DNA from: Streptomonospora litoralis
Lineage (GTDB): Bacteria; Actinomycetota; Actinomycetes; Streptosporangiales; Streptosporangiaceae
DNA length: 64,000 nt
Assembly (NCBI RefSeq): GCF_004323735.1
Contig: NZ_CP036455.1
Location: 241,101 to 305,100 of the forward strand
Direction: 5' to 3'
Shown: in pieces, positions 55,966 through 64,000 of the stretch
Layout of the letters: each line of letters opens with the position of its first letter
How positions within the stretch are numbered: position 1 is the first letter of the stretch
Notes under the pieces: generated by a model
The model's database searches: none
What the model saw: the letters and a program-made list of their open reading frames with translations, nothing else
What the model was told of the DNA's origin: nothing
Translations under genes and position numbers: made by a program

Positions 55966-57348
55966 ATGAACGAGCACAGCGCAGAGATCTTGCCGAACTT
56001 CCTACGTGAGGAAGCCTTCCCGACCGAGAAGCGCGGCTACAGCAAGCGCCAGGTCGACGACTACGTGGTCCGCACGCACAACCAGACCCGCGACCTGCAG
56101 GAACGGCTGGCGCGCGCCCACGACGAGCTGGAGCAGATCCGCCGCGAGTTGGCCGAGGCCAAGGAACAGGCCGCGGTCAAGCCGGAGCACGAACAGATCA
56201 GCGAACGCATGTCCAGCATCCTTCGCATAGCAGAGGAAGAGGCGAAGGAGAAGCGCAGCAAGATCGACGGTGAGGTCGACTCCATCCGCGGCAAGGCCGA
56301 GGAAGAGGCGGCCAAGCGGCTGAAGGACGCCGAGGACCACGCCGAGCGCGTCGTCTCCAGCGCGCGCTCCGAGGCCAACGAGATGGTGTCGACGGCCAAG
56401 CAGGAGGCCGAGCAGCTGCGCGCCCAGTCCGAGGAGGAGACCCAGCGCCGCGTCAGCGACGCCGAGGCCCGCGCCAAGAAGATCAACGACACCGCCGATC
56501 GCCGCCTGGCAACGCTCACGGCCACGCACAACGAGGCGGTCCGCCGACTCGGCGACATGCACGGCACCCTGGCCGAGCTGCTCGACGCCGAGAAGAAGTC
56601 GGGGCCGCTGGAGACCGGCCTGTCCCAGGCCGAGGTCGCCGCCGAGCAGGAGGCCGCGGCCGAGTCCGGGCAGCACGTCAAGCCGTCCGACCGCCAGCAG
56701 CAGGAAGGGCCCCGGCAGCAGCAGCCCGATCAGTCGGGCCAGCCGGGCCAGCCCGGTCGGCAGCAGACACGCCAGGGGGAGCCGCCTCAGCAGGGTCAGC
56801 GGCCGCAGCCGACCGGTCAGCAGGGTCAGCAGCAGAGCCAGGACCAGGGTCAGGGTCGCCAGCCGGCCAAGCAGAGTGCACAGGCCGTGACCCCGCAGCC
56901 GCCGCCCGCGGCCGCGGGCCACCACGGCGAGTCCGGGGGGAACCCGGCTGTGGGCCAGCACCAGGCGCGCTCCGGCGCCGGGGAGGACGAGACCACGATG
57001 AAGGTCGGTCCGGCCGCCCAGCCGCTGGACGTGGCCGACGAGTCCACGGTCCGCCTCGACCCGGCTCCGCCGACCGGCGGAGGGGGCGAGGGCATCGCCT
57101 CGCAGCCGCTCCGGCAGGCGCCGCGCCCGCAGGGGGCGCCCTACGGCGGCCCCGCGCCGCACCAGGCACAGCAACCACGCCAGGCACAGCAACCGCAGCA
57201 GAGCGGCCAGTCCCAGCAGGGCCAGGCACCGCCTCAGCCGGGCAACGACCCCGGTATCACGGCCATCCACCAGCGGTCCGAGGCGGGGCAGGGCAACCGG
57301 CCCGACGAGCCGGATGCGACCGAGGGAGTGCGCATCATCAAACCGTGA
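55966..57348 (+). CDS. DivIVA-domain protein with a long coiled-coil and a Gln/Pro-rich C-terminal tail
   Basis: N-terminal ...FPTEKRGYSKRQVDDYV... (DivIVA domain), extended EAxRxAE coiled-coil, then a QQPQQxGQ low-complexity tail. Preceded by a lower-GC leader of about 270 nt. Confidence 0.75.
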   Translation: MNEHSAEILPNFLREEAFPTEKRGYSKRQVDDYVVRTHNQTRDLQERLARAHDELEQIRRELAEAKEQAAVKPEHEQISERMSSILRIAEEEAKEKRSKIDGEVDSIRGKAEEEAAKRLKDAEDHAERVVSSARSEANEMVSTAKQEAEQLRAQSEEETQRRVSDAEARAKKINDTADRRLATLTATHNEAVRRLGDMHGTLAELLDAEKKSGPLETGLSQAEVAAEQEAAAESGQHVKPSDRQQQEGPRQQQPDQSGQPGQPGRQQTRQGEPPQQGQRPQPTGQQGQQQSQDQGQGRQPAKQSAQAVTPQPPPAAAGHHGESGGNPAVGQHQARSGAGEDETTMKVGPAAQPLDVADESTVRLDPAPPTGGGGEGIASQPLRQAPRPQGAPYGGPAPHQAQQPRQAQQPQQSGQSQQGQAPPQPGNDPGITAIHQRSEAGQGNRPDEPDATEGVRIIKP

Positions 57349-57527
57349 CCCGGTGAGGTCCGCTCGGCGGCGGAATCCATCGCGTGCGAGCGCCGCCTGC
57401 GCGGACCGGCGGGAGCCGGGCCGGTCCGGACTGGATTCGCTCATGTCCGCACTCGTGGCGGGGGCGCCGACGCCCCCGCCACGAGTCGTTTGTCCTGGCA
57501 TAAGGGGCGACGTCGGGCTTTGCGCAG

Positions 57528-58001
57528 GTGTCGGCTACGATGCCGAACGCCATGATTATCCGCTCGGCCATCCGGTCTGACCTCGGTGCGATCCTGCGGC
57601 TCCTCCGCGAACTCGGGGACAGCGCCCCTGCGCACAGCAGCGGCGTCCGCATGTCCTCCGCAGCCGTGCGCGCCTGGACCCGGATGGAGAACGACCCGGA
57701 CCGCTCGGTCCTGGTCGCCGAGCGCCGCGGCCAGATCATCGGCACCCTGGACCTGCTGGTCGTCGCCAACCTCACGCACGACGCGCAGTCCTGGGCGATC
57801 GTCGACAACCTGGTGGTCGACCCGATCGCCCGGCGAGGCGGCGTGGGCCGCGCCCTGCTGGAGGAGGCCGTCGACCGCGCCGCACGGGTCGGCTGCTACA
57901 AGATCGAGCTGCTGTCGCACGAGAGCCGCGCCGGTGCGCACGCCTTCTACACCGCTGTCGGGTTCGCGAACTCCGCCGAGGGGTTCCGCCGCTACATCTG
58001 A
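57528..58001 (+). CDS. GNAT-family N-acetyltransferase
   Basis: ...IIGTLDLLVVANLTHDAQSWAIVDNLVVDPIARRGGVGRALLEEAVDRAARVGCYKIELLSHESRAGAHAFYTAVGF (acetyl-CoA-binding R/Q-x-x-G-x-G/A motif). Confidence 0.75.
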   Translation: MSATMPNAMIIRSAIRSDLGAILRLLRELGDSAPAHSSGVRMSSAAVRAWTRMENDPDRSVLVAERRGQIIGTLDLLVVANLTHDAQSWAIVDNLVVDPIARRGGVGRALLEEAVDRAARVGCYKIELLSHESRAGAHAFYTAVGFANSAEGFRRYI

Positions 58002-58128
58002 TCCGGGTACCGGCGCTCCGTTCGTCGCCGATCCGCCCCGCACGGGAGGCGGCAGCGCGCACCCTGCCCGCCGCAGAGGTGCGACGCGCTGCGGGCCGCC
58101 GGAGGCCGCTGGGCGAACCGAGCCGGCC

Positions 58129-59742
58129 TCAGTCCCCCTCGCCTGATCCCCGCGAGCGTCCGGAGCGCAGCGGGACCTGCTTGAAGAACAGCACGATGGC
58201 GAACGCCACCGCCGCGATCGGCATGCCCAGGGTGAACACGGTGTGCATCGCGTCGCTGAAGGCCTGGATCACCGCCTCCTGCGCAGCGGGGGGCAGCGCG
58301 TGGATCGCGTCGGGCGAGCCGGTCGCCGAGTCCGGCAGTTGCCCCGCGCCCGCACCCGCTCCGACCCGCTCGGCGAACTCCGCAAGCTCGTCGTGCAGCC
58401 GGTTGGTCATCACCGAGCCGAACGCGGCCACGCCTATCGCGCCGCCGAGGTTGCGGAAGAAGGAGACCGCCGATGTCGCCGAGGCCAGGTCCGCCCGCTT
58501 GACGGCGTTCTGCGTGGCGAGGATGAGAATCTGCATGCACATCCCCAGCCCCAGGCCGATCTGGCCGACGCCGGCGCCGACCAGGACGAGGCTGGAGTCG
58601 ACGTCCAGCCGCGTCAGGGTGAAGAAGCCGCTCAGGATGAGCAGCGTCCCCACCGTCGGGAAGATCTTCCACTTGCCGGTGTGGCTGACTGCGAAGCCCG
58701 AGCTGACCGAGGCCACCAGCAGGCCGAGCACCATGGGCAGCGTCATGAGTCCGGAGGCCGTGGGGCTGAGCTCCTGCACGATCTGCAGGTACTGCGGCAG
58801 GTAGATCATCACGCCGAACATGCTCATGCCCACCGTGGCCGAGGCCAGCGAGCCGAGTACGAACGTGCGGTTGCGGAACAGGTGCGGCGGCAGAATGGGG
58901 TCCTGCGCGCGCAGTTCGACGAGCACGGCGGCGACGATCAGCACCACCGCTGCGGCGATCAGGCCGTAGGAGGGGGTGGAGGTCCACGCGAACTCCTGAC
59001 CGCCGAGGCTCAGCAGCAGCATGACCGCGCTCGCGGCGCCGACGATGCAGGTGGCGCCCCACCAGTCGATGCGCTTGTCCGGGCGCGGCCGCGCGGGCAG
59101 CTTGAGCAGTCGCTGGATGACGACGAAGGCCACCACGGCAAGCGGCACGGTGATGAAGAAGCACCAGCGCCAGCCCAGCGGGCTGTCGACCAGGAACCCG
59201 CCGAGCAGCGGGCCGCCGACGGTCGCGATGCCGAAGACCGAGCCGAGGAAGCCGGAGTAGCGTCCGCGCTCACGCGGGGCGACGACGTCGCCCAGGATGA
59301 TCTGGGGCAGCGCGGCGAGTCCCCCTGTGCCGATGCCCTGGAAGAAGCGTGCGGTGATGAGCCAGGTCATGTCGTGGGCGAAACCGGCGGCCACCGACGA
59401 GCCGATGAAGATCACCAGCGCGATCTGGAAAAGCAGCTTGCGGCCCCAGACGTCGGAGAGCTTGCCCCACACCGGCGTCGACGCGGTCATCGTGAGCAGG
59501 GTTGCGCTGGCCACCCAGGACAGCCGGTCCTGGCCGCCGAGTTCGCCGACGATGGTGGGCAGCGCTGTGCCCACGATCGACGTCGTGAGCATCGAGGTCA
59601 GCATGGCCAGCATCAGACCGATGAGGATCTCGATGATCTGGCGCCGGGAGTAGTTCGCCGGCGCTTCGTCTGCCGCCGTTTGGGCGGGCTCCCCCTGCAC
59701 CGCCCCCGTCTGCCCGTCCGCTCCGGCTAAGCGTCGCTCCAC
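58129..59742 (-). CDS. MFS transporter, DHA2 (14-TMS drug:H+ antiporter) type
   Basis: ...YSRRQIIEILIGLMLAMLTSMLTTSIVGTALPTIVGELGG...WRWCFFITVPLAV.... The GTG at 59742 (AGGAG upstream) was chosen over the long N-terminal extension. Confidence 0.75.
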   Translation of the reverse strand: MERRLAGADGQTGAVQGEPAQTAADEAPANYSRRQIIEILIGLMLAMLTSMLTTSIVGTALPTIVGELGGQDRLSWVASATLLTMTASTPVWGKLSDVWGRKLLFQIALVIFIGSSVAAGFAHDMTWLITARFFQGIGTGGLAALPQIILGDVVAPRERGRYSGFLGSVFGIATVGGPLLGGFLVDSPLGWRWCFFITVPLAVVAFVVIQRLLKLPARPRPDKRIDWWGATCIVGAASAVMLLLSLGGQEFAWTSTPSYGLIAAAVVLIVAAVLVELRAQDPILPPHLFRNRTFVLGSLASATVGMSMFGVMIYLPQYLQIVQELSPTASGLMTLPMVLGLLVASVSSGFAVSHTGKWKIFPTVGTLLILSGFFTLTRLDVDSSLVLVGAGVGQIGLGLGMCMQILILATQNAVKRADLASATSAVSFFRNLGGAIGVAAFGSVMTNRLHDELAEFAERVGAGAGAGQLPDSATGSPDAIHALPPAAQEAVIQAFSDAMHTVFTLGMPIAAVAFAIVLFFKQVPLRSGRSRGSGEGD

Positions 59743-59902
59743 GTTCGCACTACTCCTCGTTCGTCGCCCCGTGCCGGTGCCGCCGGCGGCCTCGGCGGGC
59801 GCGAGCGAGCGGTCGCAGGCCGGGGCCGGGCATGGCGAGCACGTCCCCTGGGGCGGGGACGGTTCGGTGGTAATCTCCCACTCAGGTATAAGTAAACAGT
59901 GT

Positions 59903-59914
59903 TGACTTGTCAAG
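59903..59914. promoter_or_regulatory. Palindromic TetR-type operator overlapping a -35-like TTGACT in the MFS-tetR divergent region
   Basis: TTGACttGTCAA within gtaaacagtgTTGACTTGTCAAgcg. Confidence 0.45.
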
Positions 59915-59999
59915 CGGGGGCGCTATAGTGCGGGGAGCCGCGCACGAGAGGCCGCGCTGAGCAGGTGCTCCGCCGCGGCTGCAGCATGGGAGCCCGCCG

Positions 60000-60581
60000 A
60001 TGAACCAGCCGGACGCCGCCGACGCCTGCCAAGGGCGGGCGCGCGACCGCGAGGCGACGCGCCAGCGCATCCTCGACAGCGCCCGCGACCTGTTCACGCG
60101 GGAGGGCTACGCGCAGGTGTCCTCGCGGCGCATCGCCGCCGAGGCCGGGGTCAACGTCGCTCTCATCAACCGCTATTTCGGTGCCAAGCGCGGTCTGCTG
60201 GCCGAGGTCATCGCCGAGGACGCCGCCTTTCCGGGGCTGTTCGAGGGCGACCGGGCCACGCTTCCGCGGCGCATCGCCGACCACGTGGTCAACCGCACGC
60301 TGGGCGCGGGGACGCCGCTGCAGCGCGCGCTTGTGCATTCGTCGGGGGACCCGGATCTGCAGTCGGTGTACCAGGAGCGGCTGCAGAGCGCGATCATCGG
60401 GCCGCTGGCCGACTACCTCGGCGGCCCCGAGGCCCAGGCGCGGGCCGCGCTGGTCGCGTCACTGCTGATCGGCGTGGCCAGCGTGCGGCGCATGGGCGGG
60501 GCCGAGCCGCTGAAGGCACACGAGCCCGAAGCACTGACCCGGCGGCTGACCGGAGTCGTCGAACGCTGCCTGGAGGAGTGA
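60000..60581 (+). CDS. TetR-family transcriptional regulator
   Basis: ...TRQRILDSARDLFTREGYAQVSSRRIAAEAGVNVALINRYFGAKRGLL... Confidence 0.85.
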   Translation: MNQPDAADACQGRARDREATRQRILDSARDLFTREGYAQVSSRRIAAEAGVNVALINRYFGAKRGLLAEVIAEDAAFPGLFEGDRATLPRRIADHVVNRTLGAGTPLQRALVHSSGDPDLQSVYQERLQSAIIGPLADYLGGPEAQARAALVASLLIGVASVRRMGGAEPLKAHEPEALTRRLTGVVERCLEE

Positions 60582-60789
60582 GCGCCGCCCCTTCCCGCGG
60601 GTTCCGCAGAGTGCGGGGCGGGTGTGACGGGTGACGCATGCGGCGTTCAGCCGATTCTAGCGAGGAGCCCCGGCTCTGCAGAGCCGGGAGGAATCGCTTC
60701 TCATCACGGCCCTGCCCCGAATACGAGCACGCCTGCGGATTTCGGCGTTCGGCCCCCATCGGGGCGGCGGTGATCGTAGGATCGCCGCT

Positions 60790-61948
60790 GTGCAGCTCGT
60801 CGTGCAGGTCAAACTGGTGCCCGATGCCGCACAGGCGTCCGCGCTGTCAGCGACCCTGCGCACCCTCAACGAGGCCGCCAACCGGGTCTCGGCGGTGGCC
60901 TTCGAGCTCGGTGTGCCGCGCGAGTACGAGCTGCGCAAGCACACCTACGCCGACCTGCGCTCCCAAGGTCTGGGCGCCCAGGCGGCCCAGCACACCATCA
61001 AGAAGGTCCGCGACGCCTACACCACGCTGGCGGCCGATATCCGGGCCGGCCACCTCGGCACACCTGGCAGCAAGCGCCGCCGAAAGGCCGAGTCCGCGCC
61101 GGTCGCCTTCCGGCCCGAGGCCGCCCCACCCCTTCGACGACCGGTGTTTGAGCTGGCGCTACGACCAGCGGACCGTCTCCGTCTGGACCACCGCGGGCCG
61201 GTTGAAGAACGTGGGCTTCGCCTGCGCACCGGAGGCGCTCAAGATGTTGGTAGAGCACCGGCAGGGCGATTCGGATCTGGTCGAACGCGGCGGCGTGTTC
61301 TACCTGATGGCCACCTGCGAGGTGGCCGAGGCCGAGCAGTATGCGCCGGAGGGGTTCATCGGTGTGGATCTGGGCATCGCCAACATCGCGACCACCTCCA
61401 CCGGCTACCGGGCGGCCGGGCGGGGCCTGAACCGCCACCGCAGGCGCCAGGCCGCCCTGCGGGCCGAACTCCAGGCCAAGAAGACGACATCGGCGAAACG
61501 CCGGCTGAAGACGCGGCGGCGCAGGGAAGCGCGCCACGTTGCGAACACCAACCACGTCATCGCCAAGCAGATCGTGACCGAGGCTGAACGCACCTCATCC
61601 GGTATCGCCCTGGAAGACCTGACGGGGATCCGGCAGAGGGTACGGCTTTGCCGGCCCCAACGGGTCGCGATCCATTCCTGGGCCTTCGCCCGGCTCGCCG
61701 CCTTCATCGCCTACAAGGCCAAGCGGGCCGGGGTGCCGCTGGTCTCGGTGGATCCGGCCTACACCAGCCGGGAATGCGCCGAATGCCATCACATCGACAC
61801 GAGGAACCGCCTGGATCGGGCCCGGTTCGTGTGCCGGTCGTGCGGGGTCGTTGCCCACGCCGACCGCAACGCTTCCCGCAACCTCGCCCGCCGGGGCGAG
61901 GCTGCGTGGAATGCGGGGCGTGCGTCACGCGTCCCTGCCGCCCCGTAG
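60790..61948 (+). mobile_element. tnpB: Solo IS200/IS605-family tnpB (RNA-guided TnpB/OrfB nuclease gene) with a frameshift in a C-run at about 61122-61135. No tnpA is present. Likely an IS1341-type element remnant
   Basis: The N-terminal frame (MQLVVQVKLVPDAAQASALSATLRTLNEAANRV...AFRPEAAPP) switches to the C-terminal frame (FDDRCLSWRYDQRTVSVWTTAGRLKNVGF...GVDLGIANIATTS...ALEDLTGI...CAECHHIDTRNRLDRARFVCRSCGVVAHADRNASRNLA). That gives the RuvC D/E/D triad and a CxxC..CxxC zinc finger. Removing one C from gccgccccacccctt restores a single 386-aa ORF. Confidence 0.8.
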
Positions 61949-62401
61949 CGGGGGTGTCTGGACGGAGGAGCCCACCCGCCGGCCAGGCGGGCCGCTACCT
62001 CCAAGCGCGGTCCTTTAGGGCCGGGTCAAGTTGACCCCCGACGGGCAGGTGCTGTTCTTCAACGTCCAGAGTCCCGGGATCACCTATGCGGTCACCGGGC
62101 CCTGGCGCAGCGGCGCGCTGTAGGGCATCGGACCGGCCCGCCGCGGGAGCGCCCCCGCACGCCCCCGCGGCCGGGCCGGGTTTTCCGCGCAGAACCGCGC
62201 AATATCCGCAAACGGTTCATATGCTCGGGAATCCGCGCGGACGACGGCACGGCGGGCTCCGTATCCCCCGACGCGGAGGGGGAATTCAGCGCGACACGCC
62301 AATGCCGGGATAAGAACAAGGGCTGCTGACGCCCTGTGTTTCCCTATGGAACTGCGTACCGGACGACAGGGCTCCGGGCGCAGCGAGAATATGGGGGAAC
62401 A

Positions 62402-62917
62402 ATGAACCTGTCCATGGGATTCGTGCGGCCGAATCGGGGAAACAGTACCCGCCCCATGACCAAGGCGGCTGTTACGTTATCCTCCCTGGCGGTATTCGCC
62501 GCGTTGGCGCTCGTATCCGCAGGTCCGGCGGCCGCGGAGGAACGAGTCTACCAGGCGTCGAGTGTCGCCGGGGAAGCCGTCGAACACGCCAAGGAGCAAA
62601 TAGGCAAACCTTACCGGTGGGGCGCGGAAGGGCCGGGGTCCTTCGACTGCTCGGGGCTTGTGCAGTATTCGTACAAGAAGGCGGGCAAGCGCCTCAGCCG
62701 CACCACCTACACCCAGTTCCGGGAAGGCCGTTCGGTTTCCCGGTCGAACCTGCGTCCGGGGGATCTCGTCTTCTTCTATTCCGGGCCGAGCCATGTCGGC
62801 ATGTACGTCGGGAACGGCCGGATGATCCACGCGCCGAGTTCCGGGAAAAGGGTCCAGATCGTCGAGATGGCCGGCTACTACAACCGGCAGTTCGTGGGCG
62901 CGCGCCGCGTCGCCTGA
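62402..62917 (+). CDS. Secreted NlpC/P60 (C40) peptidoglycan endopeptidase
   Basis: Signal peptide (MTKAAVTLSSLAVFAALALVSAGPAAA), ...GKPYRWGAEGPGSFDCSGLVQYSYKKAG... (catalytic Cys), ...HVGMYVGNGRMIHAPSSG... (His). GGGGGAA RBS. Confidence 0.8.
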   Translation: MNLSMGFVRPNRGNSTRPMTKAAVTLSSLAVFAALALVSAGPAAAEERVYQASSVAGEAVEHAKEQIGKPYRWGAEGPGSFDCSGLVQYSYKKAGKRLSRTTYTQFREGRSVSRSNLRPGDLVFFYSGPSHVGMYVGNGRMIHAPSSGKRVQIVEMAGYYNRQFVGARRVA

Positions 62918-63348
62918 GTCTCCGCCCGGGGCTGTAGAGCCCGGCGTCGAGACCGGCTGAGCACACCGTGCGGCGGCCGCAGTCCGGTAACCCACCGCAG
63001 CACCCGCGCGGAACCGAGAGCCGCGCGCCGCAGCGGTGTCCGGACGGCGGCCGCCGGCGGCCGCCCGGGTGCGCCCCGTCGGCACCGCCGCGAACCCCGT
63101 GCGCGCCGGTATGGGGCGGGGCCGCGGGGCACGGCGCGGCGGGCGCGGGCGGGCCGCGCCGGCGGCGGCGCCGAAGGTCACGACGGGTGCGGCGGGCGCA
63201 TGACTACGCGGCGGGTGCGGCGCACCGGGCGGTGAGGGCATGGGCACTGCTTCGGAAAACGGGCGCCGCCCGCCGTCGAAAGCGGGGGAGTGGCGCGAGC
63301 GCGGACGGTGTGGCGGAGTGTGCGGCGATCCGGGTGTGCGGCCGGGCG

Positions 63349-63669
63349 TCAGCCCAGCACGATCGCGCCGGCGAGGACCGGTTGGCTGAACGTGACGGAA
63401 CCCCGGCCCGAGGTGACGGCGCGGCCGCCCTGGCACGAGGTTCCGGCGAAGAGCGCGTATTTGGCGACGGCGTCGGCCTCGATGGCCACCACCCCGCCCT
63501 GGTCGGCCTCCAGCGCCCGGCAGCCACCGGTGTCGACCACCTGCTCATGCCCGGACTCGAAGGTCACGGTCACGGGACGCACGGAGTCGGCCCGCCCGGC
63601 GCGCATACCGGACAGCGCACCGGCGATGGTGGCGGACATGGTGGCGAGGTTGGCAGGGCGGATCGGCAC
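63349..63669 (-). CDS. Possible hypothetical protein (106 aa)
   Basis: Protein-like composition (…RPVTVTFESGHEQVVDTGGCRALEADQGGVVAIEADAVAKYALFAG…). Overlapped by several other GC-frame ORFs. Weak. Confidence 0.3.
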   Translation of the reverse strand: MPIRPANLATMSATIAGALSGMRAGRADSVRPVTVTFESGHEQVVDTGGCRALEADQGGVVAIEADAVAKYALFAGTSCQGGRAVTSGRGSVTFSQPVLAGAIVLG

Positions 63670-63895
63670 GACGCGGCTCTCGATTCCTCGGGTTCCTCAG
63701 TAGACGCGAATGATCGTCACTCCCTGTCATTTAGCTATATCCAAGCGTGATCAGCGCGGATTCCGTGCGGTGTGTCGCCACATCCGGCCGATACGGACGC
63801 CGTGTGCGCCGCGTGCAGGCGGTATAGGCTGGACTGGAACCGGCCGGGGCCGCGAGCACGCGCCCCGGTGCGCCGGCGGTACGAAAGGAGCGCCG

Positions 63896-64000
63896 ATGCC
63901 TCTCGGCTACGCCCTCGGGCACGCGCTCGCGTTCGGTCCCGACCTCGACCCCGCGTGGCCGCTGTCGCCGCTGTTCGGACCGGCCCTCGGCGCGTTCGCC
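63896..64000 (+). CDS. 5' end of an unidentified gene running off the window
   Basis: AAGGAG RBS 6 nt upstream of the ATG at 63896 (MPLGYALGHALAFGPDLDPAWPL...). Confidence 0.35.
   Translation, partial: MPLGYALGHALAFGPDLDPAWPLSPLFGPALGAFA

Overview
A 64 kb chromosomal segment from a high-GC (about 70-72%) actinomycete, with Streptomyces-/Nocardiopsis-like gene content. The conserved core genes are in recognisable order. They are: a penicillin-binding protein fragment at the window edge, a tandem crcB/FluC pair, an aldehyde dehydrogenase, purL-purQ-purS (interrupted by two extra genes), an ECF sigma factor, a branched-chain/pyruvate-type 2-oxoacid dehydrogenase E1a-E1b-E2 operon, a long acyl-CoA dehydrogenase, and the HspR-controlled heat-shock locus dnaK-grpE-dnaJ-hspR followed by clpB. 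Other core genes are an Fe-S (CCG-domain) oxidoreductase, a FUSC/ArAE exporter, a gamma-carbonic anhydrase, a DivIVA-domain protein, a GNAT acetyltransferase, two TetR/MFS pairs, a GntR/MFS pair and an NlpC/P60 endopeptidase. Several accessory-looking segments lie between them. The first is a lower-GC island of about 5.7 kb (about 17.85-23.62 kb) with a DUF397/XRE pair (the XRE is frameshifted), a truncated LysE, a DUF3052 gene, hypothetical genes, an overlapping SLOG-like/SWIM-zinc-finger gene pair, a 24-bp-stem perfect palindrome and GC-rich interspersed repeats. The second is an operon encoding NfeD (OB-fold), an SPFH/flotillin and a translationally coupled 1,686-aa protein ending in an AAA+ P-loop ATPase; this is the best candidate for an undescribed system. 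The third is a repeat-dense non-coding block (about 51.9-53.1 kb) related to the repeat at 23.3 kb. The fourth is a solo IS200/IS605-type tnpB whose reading frame is broken inside a C homopolymer. No rRNA, tRNA or CRISPR array was found. All calls come from reading the six-frame translations and the DNA by eye. Coordinates of short motifs were hand-counted and may be off by a base or two.
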